The translations under genes and the position numbers were made by a program. A stretch of DNA of 26,205 bases from Chlorobiota bacterium (GTDB lineage Bacteria > Bacteroidota > Ignavibacteria > Kapaibacteriales > NICIL-2): the NCBI GenBank assembly GCA_037440485.1, contig JBBIUD010000001.1, forward strand, positions 1 to 26,205. The letters run 5' to 3'. Positions 15,900 to 23,604 of this stretch are shown one piece after another. Within the stretch, counting starts at the first letter, position 1; each line of letters opens with the position of its first letter. Below the pieces are notes generated by a model. The model did no database searches and was not told the origin of the DNA. It was given only the letters and a program-made list of their open reading frames with translations.

Positions 15900-18282
15900 G
15901 CATTTGCTTCGACAAACATTTGGCTTTACCGCGTTCCGTCCTGGTCAGCGTGAGATAATCGAGGCTATTCTGCGCGGACGTGATGTGCTCGGCATCCTTC
16001 CGACCGGCAGTGGTAAATCGCTCTGCTACCAACTACCGGCCGTTGCAAGTTCTGCTGTGACGCTTGTGATCTCGCCGCTGGTTGCATTGATGCACGATCA
16101 GGTTAGCGCACTTCAACAGCGGGGAATACCGTCCACAGCGATTACCAGCACGCTTGGGAGCGAAGAAATTGCCTACCGACTCCGTTCTGCACAGCTCAAT
16201 CACGTTCGACTTCTGTACATTGCTCCCGAGCGACTTGAAAGCACTGGATTCCTTGAGCACCTTCGTCGTATCAACGTCGAGCGAATTGTTGTTGATGAAG
16301 CACATTGCATAAGCCAGTGGGGTCATGATTTTCGCCCTGCATACATGCGCATCAGGAACCTGGTGCATGTGATTGGTCGCAAGCAAATTGTTGCACTAAC
16401 TGCCACTGCGACACCACGCGTGCAGCACGATATTCTTGCTCAGCTTGGTATGCGTGACCCTTACGTGCATATCGAGAATTTCGACCGTCCGAATTTAGGA
16501 TTCTGCGTTGAGGAATGCCCTCCCTCGAAAGGTTATCAGCAAAAAGCAGCTCGGGTCGCAGATGCCGTTGAGCGATGCCGTGGAGCTGCGATTATTTATG
16601 TGGGCACTCGCCGTGCTACCGAGATTATATCGGCGCACCTTCGGTCGTTTGGAATCAATGCACGATCGTATCATGCTGGCATGCCTGATGCGATGAGACT
16701 GAATGTGCAGGAATGGTTTATGGCGGACTCTACGCCGGTGCTTGTTGCAACGGTAGCGTTCGGGATGGGCATTGACAAACCTGATGTTCGGCTTGTTGCG
16801 CACTGCGATCTTCCACTTAGCATCGAGAACTACTACCAAGAAGCCGGACGTGCCGGACGCGATGGGCGCGATGCAACGTGCCTACTGCTGTATTCGCATG
16901 GCGATGAGCGACTCCAGCGGCGCTTGATTGAATCGCAATTTCCACCCAGACGATTGGTTGAAGAAACCTATAACCTCATCGCAGAGCGATTACGAGTTGC
17001 CGTCGGGTTGCAAAGCAGTGCAGTATTACGCGATGATCCGGCAACGCTGGCACGTGCCCTTTCGTGCACAGTGAACCAACTTGAGAACGTGATTGATTTT
17101 TTGGAACGGCAGCAGCTTCTGTCCCGGCGTCGCGGTAATCGTTCTCTGCAGGTACGCATAGCGACCAGTCGCCAGCGGTGGCTTGAATACTGCTCAACTG
17201 CACCTGCAGATCGTGCTGCAGCATTGAATGCGCTGCTCCGTTCCCTTGGACCGTCTGCTTATGATGATGCAGTCGAACTATCGCTCGATGATCTTGAACA
17301 GCGACATGCTGTTTCCGTTGATGAACTCTACCGAGCGCTACGAGCTGCTGAGCTTGCTCGGATCATCGAAGTGTATCCCGGAAGCGACGGCGATGGTCTC
17401 CGATTGGTTGGGGAACGGTATAGTCGCCAGCGCTTACCCATCGAATGGCACCAGATTGATGAACGCCGTGCCGCTGCAGTGGAGAAGGCTATGGCAATGC
17501 TCGATTACGCGCGGTCGGCTCAATGTAAGCGTGCAATCATTCTTGCCTACTTTGGGCAACCAGCGCCGGACGTCTGTGGAAAATGTTCCTCATGCCGACG
17601 ACCAGCACGCGTGCAGAGCGTGTTTCCTGTGCATAAGCGTTCTGCATACGAAGAATTTATACGGCGAGTATTGGTCAGTATCATTGCCGACTATGATGGA
17701 TTACTTACGGTCCCGCTTGCTACTGCAATTGCCAATGGTCAATCCAACGATCAGATTGTTGCTCTTGGTGCGCATCGCAGCGAATATTTTGGGCAGCTTG
17801 TCGGCGTTTCACCGACGATCCTACGAACACGCTTTGACGAATTGATCCTTGATGGATACCTGGAACTCAAGCGACCAACAAACAGGCTGCGCATTACTGA
17901 TGCTGGATATACCTTGATCGGTCGGACGAGAGCGCGTACGGATTTGTCCAAACCGTCAACGCCAGAACAACTTCTTGACTCAACGGTCCAAAAGAGCATC
18001 GAGCTTGCACGTCAAGGGTATTCGCCTGCGCAGATTGCTCAAATGCGGGATCTATCGTTGACAACCATCGTCAGCCACCTTGTGCAAGCCCTCTCTGTTG
18101 GCGTTGATCTTCCACGCGCGACGCTGATAGATAAGCGTCTTTATCAAGAAACGTGTGCCTTTATTAGCCAGCGCCCCAATGCATTGCTGCGCGATTTACA
18201 AGCATATATCGGTGGCATGTACGATGTGGCATTGCTCCGCTTAGCCTTAGCGTTTGCGCGACGAGAGTGTTCCGCCAGTTGA
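15877..18282 (+). CDS. recQ: RecQ-family ATP-dependent DNA helicase
   Basis: LPTGSGKSLCYQLP, DEAHCISQWGHDFRP, ALTATAT, VATVAFGMGIDKPDVR and YYQEAGRAGRDG. Zn motif CKR..ILAYFG..CGKCSSC, an RQC-like winged helix and a C-terminal HTH_40-like segment. Start could be 15874. Overlaps the upstream gene by about 23 nt. Confidence 0.95.
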   Translation: MELHISLEHLLRQTFGFTAFRPGQREIIEAILRGRDVLGILPTGSGKSLCYQLPAVASSAVTLVISPLVALMHDQVSALQQRGIPSTAITSTLGSEEIAYRLRSAQLNHVRLLYIAPERLESTGFLEHLRRINVERIVVDEAHCISQWGHDFRPAYMRIRNLVHVIGRKQIVALTATATPRVQHDILAQLGMRDPYVHIENFDRPNLGFCVEECPPSKGYQQKAARVADAVERCRGAAIIYVGTRRATEIISAHLRSFGINARSYHAGMPDAMRLNVQEWFMADSTPVLVATVAFGMGIDKPDVRLVAHCDLPLSIENYYQEAGRAGRDGRDATCLLLYSHGDERLQRRLIESQFPPRRLVEETYNLIAERLRVAVGLQSSAVLRDDPATLARALSCTVNQLENVIDFLERQQLLSRRRGNRSLQVRIATSRQRWLEYCSTAPADRAAALNALLRSLGPSAYDDAVELSLDDLEQRHAVSVDELYRALRAAELARIIEVYPGSDGDGLRLVGERYSRQRLPIEWHQIDERRAAAVEKAMAMLDYARSAQCKRAIILAYFGQPAPDVCGKCSSCRRPARVQSVFPVHKRSAYEEFIRRVLVSIIADYDGLLTVPLATAIANGQSNDQIVALGAHRSEYFGQLVGVSPTILRTRFDELILDGYLELKRPTNRLRITDAGYTLIGRTRARTDLSKPSTPEQLLDSTVQKSIELARQGYSPAQIAQMRDLSLTTIVSHLVQALSVGVDLPRATLIDKRLYQETCAFISQRPNALLRDLQAYIGGMYDVALLRLALAFARRECSAS

Positions 18283-18283
18283 T

Positions 18284-18787
18284 TTACAGGTCCAACAATC
18301 CGGCGGGAGGATTAACAGTCAACGTTTGTGCAACACGATCAATGCCAACGATGAACTCGGTAACATAGGGCAGTAGTATTACGTTTCCGCCGCTACACTC
18401 GATAAGGAGCAGTGGGTGTGCGGGATTGTCTTCTATGCCAACAACGATTCCAATCACATTGCCCTGCATATCGAGAACTTTCCACTCAGAGATTCCGAAT
18501 AATGGACTGGCATTATCGTTCTCGAATGCGACGTCGCTCACGAAGATTCCATGCTCACGAAACTGTTCGGCTGCTGCTCGGCTGTTGATGCCTTCAAGAT
18601 GAATAATCGCGTTCCGCCCGGAGTGGGCATACGACTCGAGCGTGTATTCACGTCCGAATGAATGGTTAAATCCGATCCATACTCTCACACCGGTTCGAAG
18701 GTTGATTGGGTGTTGCAATGTAACCTGGAGGTCTCCACGGATACCGTGGGGGCGTACTATTGTACCGATAAATTGAAGCTGGCTCAT
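18284..18787 (-). CDS. rimM: Ribosome maturation factor RimM
   Basis: IGTIVRPHGIRGDLQV, HLEGINSRAAAEQFR, and a PRC barrel (GNVIGIVVGIEDNPAHPLLLI...ILLPYVTEFIVGID...PPAGLLDL). Start set at ATG 18787. Confidence 0.9.
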   Translation of the reverse strand: MSQLQFIGTIVRPHGIRGDLQVTLQHPINLRTGVRVWIGFNHSFGREYTLESYAHSGRNAIIHLEGINSRAAAEQFREHGIFVSDVAFENDNASPLFGISEWKVLDMQGNVIGIVVGIEDNPAHPLLLIECSGGNVILLPYVTEFIVGIDRVAQTLTVNPPAGLLDL

Positions 18788-18885
18788 GTGCTCGCGAATG
18801 AACATACCGGCAGAGAAAGCATTGATGTAACTTGTCCGTCGTGCAATGACGATATTTGCAACGTTCAAGTACTTGAAGAGCGGAT

Positions 18886-19506
18886 ATGGATACGATCGCT
18901 CGTGCTCATTTGGAAGCCTCTATAGCAACCAAACAACGCTTACTCGAGCAAACCATTGGTGACATCGTGCGAGTTGGGAAACGGCTTGCCGAGTCTCTTG
19001 CGGGGGGAGCGCTGGTCATGCTGTGCGGTAATGGTGGGTCGGCGGCTGACGCTCAGCACTTTGCCGCCGAATTGGTCATTCGATACCGCTCACAGGTGCA
19101 GCGTGCAGCTCTTCCTGCGATTGCCTTGACGACTGATCCATCAATGATGACCGCTGGTGGGAATGATATTGGTTTTGAGAATGTGTTCGCTCGTGCAGTG
19201 GATGCTCTCGGCAAATCTGGTGATGTACTGATCGGGATAAGCACAAGTGGCAACTCTGAAAACGTCCGACGGGCAATGGAGGCAGCACGCCAACGAGGTA
19301 TGCTGTGCGTAGGATTATTGGGGTGTGGGGGCGGGATTATCGCTCCACTGTGCGATGTTTCTGTGATTGTGCCGAGTACTGTGACGGCACACATTCAGGA
19401 ATGCCACATCACGATTCTTCATATTTGGTGCAGCATTATCGAGGCAGCGCTCTTTCCTGATGCTGTCAGTGGTGCTGGACTTGTACCATCGGGGAATACT
19501 CCGTAA
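18886..19506 (+). CDS. gmhA: D-sedoheptulose 7-phosphate isomerase
   Basis: CGNGGSAADAQHFAAEL, NDIGFENVFAR, GDVLIGISTSGNSENV and IQECHITILH. Confidence 0.95.
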   Translation: MDTIARAHLEASIATKQRLLEQTIGDIVRVGKRLAESLAGGALVMLCGNGGSAADAQHFAAELVIRYRSQVQRAALPAIALTTDPSMMTAGGNDIGFENVFARAVDALGKSGDVLIGISTSGNSENVRRAMEAARQRGMLCVGLLGCGGGIIAPLCDVSVIVPSTVTAHIQECHITILHIWCSIIEAALFPDAVSGAGLVPSGNTP

Positions 19507-19511
19507 TTTTG
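19504..19511 (+). promoter_or_regulatory. Bacteroidota-type -7 promoter element overlapping the gmhA stop codon
   Basis: cgTAATTTTGcg, an exact TAnnTTTG match lying 9 nt before the 5' arm of the structured element. Confidence 0.55.
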
Positions 19512-19520
19512 CGCCGGCAT

Positions 19521-19649
19521 TCGTTGAGTCTTTGCTTGTGTTCGATGCTAACCCTGCTTCAGCGGGGATTTGCTTTTGAGTCATGCTGAACGTGTTTCAG
19601 CATCTTTCATCTAACGGCGCACTGCATACAGCAGCATCGAACTCAACGA
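19521..19649 (+). ncRNA. Candidate structured RNA or long tRNA leader of unknown family
   Basis: TCGTTGAGT/ACTCAACGA (9 bp) and TCGATGCT/AGCATCGA (8 bp) close a junction holding hairpins CCCTGC-TTCA-GCGGGG and ATGCTGAA-CGTGT-TTCAGCAT. Strand is inferred from the promoter box. Confidence 0.45.
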
Positions 19650-19679
19650 CAGAGCGTACAGACGTATGTTGACCGTTGT

Positions 19680-19755
19680 GCCACTTTAGCTCAGTTGGTA
19701 GAGCAGCTGACTTGTAATCAGCAGGTCGCCGGTTCGAGTCCGGCAGGTGGCTCCA
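19680..19755 (+). tRNA. tRNA-Thr (anticodon TGT)
   Basis: GCCACTTTAGCTCAGTTGGTAGAGCAGCTGACTTGTAATCAGCAGGTCGCCGGTTCGAGTCCGGCAGGTGGCTCCA, a 76-nt cloverleaf with encoded CCA. Confidence 0.97.
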
Positions 19756-19870
19756 AATCATGAAAAGCAACCGACCAGCGCAATTGCGTAATTCTACGTA
19801 TTGAGCCATCAAGAAAGGGAGCGTAAGTTCGCCTATGCAAAAGTCAATCTACGTTGTGGGTGCTTAGACG

Positions 19871-21304
19871 ATGTACGAATTCGATGACGCGCCTGAATGG
19901 TCGAATCTGCGACCAGACCTTGAAATAGAGTCTGTTCTTCGGCAGTGTGCATTAGCATGCGTACACGGCTCATTGGAGTTGCTCGATGGTGAACTTCGAC
20001 TCCCTGACCAATTGGAGCAGCTCGCCAATTACTGCCTGGAGCAGGGACGCTTTGCCGATGCTGTCAATGTTGCATCCTTGTGGACCATGATTGCACCGTA
20101 TAGTGCTGAGGCATGGCATAAGCTTGGAGTTGCGCAGAATGGGGTGGGGCAGTATCGCCAAGCGACCGAATCTCTTCGCCATGCACTCTTGTGTAATCCA
20201 ACGGATGTTGAGATCATTCTCCACCTGGCCGAAGCGTACACAAATGCTGGTATTGTTTCCGAAGCTGAGAAATATTTCGACTACGCTCTATTGCTTGATC
20301 CTGCCTCGGAAGAGGCGATCTTCCAGAAAGCAGCCTTTCTTCAGCGGCGATGCTTGTACCGCGATGCTATCGAACTTTATGAACGCTTAGCTGATTCACC
20401 GACACTTGCAAAGGAGGTCCTCTTCGAGCTTGGGTACTGTTACGATTGCTGTCAGCGATACGATGACGCCATCACCGCCTATGATCGGGTGCTGGATATA
20501 GATCCGTACTATGCCGATGCGTGGTTCAATCGTGGTGTGGTGTTGACTCGACACGGACAGTACACCGAAGCGCTGTCCAGCTATGATTTTGCACTTGCCA
20601 TTGATCCCAAGCATGTTGCAGCGCTCTACAACAAAGGGAATGTCCTTTCACTGCTGGGCAAGTTGGAGGCAGCAGTCGCTTGCTATCGCGAAGCTCTCAA
20701 TTACGATAGAACTGATGCCGCAATCTGGCACAACCTGGGGAGTGTTCTTGGTGAGTTGGCGAGGTACTCCGAAGCAATTGAGGCGTTCACCGAAGCCATT
20801 TCACTCAATCCGCGCCACTTCGAGTCATATTTTGGTCGGGGTACCTGTTACGATGCAATCGAGAACTATTTCCAAGCACTCTCGGATTACGATGCTGCCC
20901 TGGCAATACAGCGCGCATATCCTGAGTTATGGTATGCTCGTGCCGATGTGTTAATGCAATTGGAACTCTACGACGACGCGCTTGCTTCATACCGCACTGC
21001 ATTAGAACTCAACCCCAAACACGCAGAATGCTGGTATGATTACGCTATTGCACTGCTCCATATTCGGCAATATCGGGAGTCTATCGAAGCATTAGAACGA
21101 GCTGCGATGCTCTCTCCAACCTGGGCGGACCCATACTTCGCGCTTGTGAAAGCATACTTATGGCTGGCAGATGTACCATCTGCTCAGCGTGCCCTGCAAC
21201 AAGCCATAGAGCTTAGTCCGCACCGGCGAGCTGAATTCGAAGCTGAGCTACTCGCAATACTTCCTTCTAACCTTGTCCAACTCCTTGGGCGAAGCAGCAA
21301 GTAA
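19871..21304 (+). CDS. Tetratricopeptide repeat protein
   Basis: 477 aa with many 34-aa repeats of the form AW.N.G..L...G.Y.EAL..YD.AL.IDP. Confidence 0.92.
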   Translation: MYEFDDAPEWSNLRPDLEIESVLRQCALACVHGSLELLDGELRLPDQLEQLANYCLEQGRFADAVNVASLWTMIAPYSAEAWHKLGVAQNGVGQYRQATESLRHALLCNPTDVEIILHLAEAYTNAGIVSEAEKYFDYALLLDPASEEAIFQKAAFLQRRCLYRDAIELYERLADSPTLAKEVLFELGYCYDCCQRYDDAITAYDRVLDIDPYYADAWFNRGVVLTRHGQYTEALSSYDFALAIDPKHVAALYNKGNVLSLLGKLEAAVACYREALNYDRTDAAIWHNLGSVLGELARYSEAIEAFTEAISLNPRHFESYFGRGTCYDAIENYFQALSDYDAALAIQRAYPELWYARADVLMQLELYDDALASYRTALELNPKHAECWYDYAIALLHIRQYRESIEALERAAMLSPTWADPYFALVKAYLWLADVPSAQRALQQAIELSPHRRAEFEAELLAILPSNLVQLLGRSSK

Positions 21305-21381
21305 GTATAACGGAGCGTAGAACGCTTCGGGGTCGTCGAGCACCGTATTGTGTTCGGATCCATCAACTGTGAGTGTCGCCG

Positions 21382-21402
21382 TAAATTTGAATGAGTCTAA
21401 AT
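21382..21402 (+). promoter_or_regulatory. TAnnTTTG promoter element (21382-21389) overlapped by a Fur-box-like 9-1-9 inverted repeat (21384-21402)
   Basis: cgTAAATTTGaatgagtctaaatt. The 19-mer AATTTGAAT-G-AGTCTAAAT has 6 of 9 arm pairs complementary and lies just upstream of feoA. Confidence 0.6.
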
Positions 21403-21415
21403 TCACTTGAAAACG

Positions 21416-21694
21416 ATGCTACGTCTCGAGAACATACGACCCGGGCAATCAGTGCGTATTGTTAGATTAGCTGGGTCGGTGGCGTTCGTTGATCGAATGA
21501 AAGAAATTGGTTTGGTCCCCGGAACAGTGATCTGTGTTCTACGTCGGTCGCTGTTTGGTGGTACTATTCAAGTTCGGTATGGTACGTCAACAATCGGGTT
21601 GCGTCTTTCTCACGACGACACCATCGAGGTAGAGCCGGTCGGTCAGGCGGTCATCGCTTGTCAATCGGTGAAAACACTCGATTTTGCATTGTAG
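21416..21694 (+). CDS. feoA: Ferrous iron transport protein A
   Basis: LENIRPGQSVRIVRL...RMKEIGLVPGTVICVLRRSLFGGTIQVRYGTSTIGLR, the SH3-like FeoA pattern, directly upstream of feoB. Confidence 0.9.
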   Translation: MLRLENIRPGQSVRIVRLAGSVAFVDRMKEIGLVPGTVICVLRRSLFGGTIQVRYGTSTIGLRLSHDDTIEVEPVGQAVIACQSVKTLDFAL

Positions 21695-21700
21695 CAAGCT

Positions 21701-23572
21701 ATGCGCTCACACTCCCTTCCGCATATTGCTTTCGTTGGCGTACCGAATTCTGGGAAAACAACACTGTTCAATGCTCTGACAGGAATGCGTCGAAAGGTCG
21801 CCAACTATCCAGGGGTAACGGTTGAACCATCGGTTGGCATTGTTCGCAAACATGCAAGGAACGTTGCTGTTATAGACCTGCCCGGGGTTTATAGTTTGTC
21901 TCCGAAGTCAACCGACGAAGAAATCACGCGGCAGGTTCTCACTGGTGCTGACACGAACCTTCCCGAACCCAACGCAATTGTCCTGGTTCTGGATGCAACG
22001 AACTTAGAAAAGGGCTTGACTCTCTTTGCGCAGCTTGCTCACCTGAGCAAGCCAATGCTTGTTGCGCTAACAATGGTAGATGAAATCAAGCGCCGGGGCG
22101 CGACACTCGACGATATTCAGCTCGAGTCCATCTTGGGGGTTAAAGTTGTTCCTATTGTGGGCGTCAAGGGCATTGGCATCGAAGAGGTACGATCTGAATT
22201 GATTGAATGCTCGCACTGGCGTATTCCATTTGTACACGTTCCAGCGGATGCATCCATCGAAGAGCGAATTGCATGGGCGCGCTCGGTGGTTGGACGTGTA
22301 CTCCGCAACGATCAACTCGATCTTCGGACTGAGCGAATTGATCGAATTGCACTCCATCCAATCTGGGGGATCGTTGGCTTTGTCTGTGTGATGGCAGTGA
22401 TCTTCCAATCCATCTTCACGTGGGCACAACCGATGATGGACTGGATTGATTATGGCTTCAATCAGCTTCGCGCGTGGATGATTGGCGACGCGGTGGTTCC
22501 ACCGCTGTGGTTGGATTTTTTAGCAAACGGTGTCATTGCGGGCGTGGGAAGCGTTTTAGTTTTTGCACCGCAAATTTTTATCCTGATGGTGTTGGTGACC
22601 TTTCTCGAAGATAGTGGATATTTGGCACGAGCGGCGTTCTTGATGGATAAAGTGTTGGGGAGTTTTGGTCTTCAGGGACGGTCCTTTATTCCGCTGCTCA
22701 GCTCGTATGCCTGTGCTATTCCTGGTATTCTCTCGGCACGGATGATTCCATCGCGTGCTGAGCGTATGGCAACTATCCTGATTGCGCCGCTGATGACGTG
22801 CTCTGCTCGCTTACCAGTTTACACGCTCTTGATAGCTGCGTTTGTACCACCAACGTTGATTGGTGGTGTTATCTCTCTGCAGGCAGTCGTATTGGGTGCG
22901 TTGTACCTTGCTGCAGCCAGCGTAGGACTTTGTGTCGCATGGGTGCTCCGTAAAACAGTGCTAGTCAGCGACAGAACGCCATTTTTCTTGGAATTCCCTC
23001 CGTATCGGCTTCCGCACTGGCGGAATGTGGTTGTTCGTGCATTTACTCGAATGCAAGATTTTCTCCAAACTGCCGGTACGGTAATACTGACACTATCAAT
23101 CATCCTGTGGGCGCTTTCAAGTTTTCCGCGACTGGAGCCAGAGCCAACCCAAAATGCAGATCAATTTCGCCGGCTTCAACTCGAGCAATCGTATGCTGCC
23201 CAACTTGGACGTGCCATTGCGCCCATCTTTGCACCGATGCATTTCGACTGGCACGTGACGCTCGGCATCATCGGCTCCTTTGCTGCGCGGGAAGTTTTCG
23301 TCTCGGTAATGGGACAGCTCTATGCAATCGGTGGAGATGATCCCGCAAACCACGGTTTACAGCAGGCACTGCAGCGTAGCCTTGATCCAGCGGTTGCCTT
23401 TGCTGTACTTGCGTTCTACATGTTTGCGCTTCAGTGTATGTCCACAGTTGCTGTGCTTTGGCGTGAGACTGGCTCTTGGGCGTGGACTGCGTTCGCATTT
23501 GCGTACATGTTAGGGCTTGCGTATCTGGCATCGGTTACTGTGTACAATATTGCGCATGCAATCCTGTCCTAA
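21701..23572 (+). CDS. feoB: Ferrous iron transport protein B
   Basis: G1 GVPNSGKTT, G2 NYPGVTVE, G3 DLPGVYSL. Gate motifs FLEDSGYLARAAF, SYACAIPG, MTCSARLPVY, LEFPPYRLP and FAAREVFVS. Confidence 0.96.
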   Translation: MRSHSLPHIAFVGVPNSGKTTLFNALTGMRRKVANYPGVTVEPSVGIVRKHARNVAVIDLPGVYSLSPKSTDEEITRQVLTGADTNLPEPNAIVLVLDATNLEKGLTLFAQLAHLSKPMLVALTMVDEIKRRGATLDDIQLESILGVKVVPIVGVKGIGIEEVRSELIECSHWRIPFVHVPADASIEERIAWARSVVGRVLRNDQLDLRTERIDRIALHPIWGIVGFVCVMAVIFQSIFTWAQPMMDWIDYGFNQLRAWMIGDAVVPPLWLDFLANGVIAGVGSVLVFAPQIFILMVLVTFLEDSGYLARAAFLMDKVLGSFGLQGRSFIPLLSSYACAIPGILSARMIPSRAERMATILIAPLMTCSARLPVYTLLIAAFVPPTLIGGVISLQAVVLGALYLAAASVGLCVAWVLRKTVLVSDRTPFFLEFPPYRLPHWRNVVVRAFTRMQDFLQTAGTVILTLSIILWALSSFPRLEPEPTQNADQFRRLQLEQSYAAQLGRAIAPIFAPMHFDWHVTLGIIGSFAAREVFVSVMGQLYAIGGDDPANHGLQQALQRSLDPAVAFAVLAFYMFALQCMSTVAVLWRETGSWAWTAFAFAYMLGLAYLASVTVYNIAHAILS

Positions 23573-23604
23573 TTTCAGCACGGACTTCGAGGAAAAATGT
23601 CACG

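Noticed and set aside
19530-19600. Minus-strand GCAAA...GAAG...GGG pattern resembling a c-di-GMP-I aptamer
   Set aside because: Internal-loop and AAAG junction residues do not match, and there is no downstream gene on that strand.
19680-21304. tRNA-Thr as an integration site for an island
   Set aside because: No integrase, no duplicated tRNA 3' end seen, and downstream genes (TPR, feoAB, dapA, dnaG) look native.
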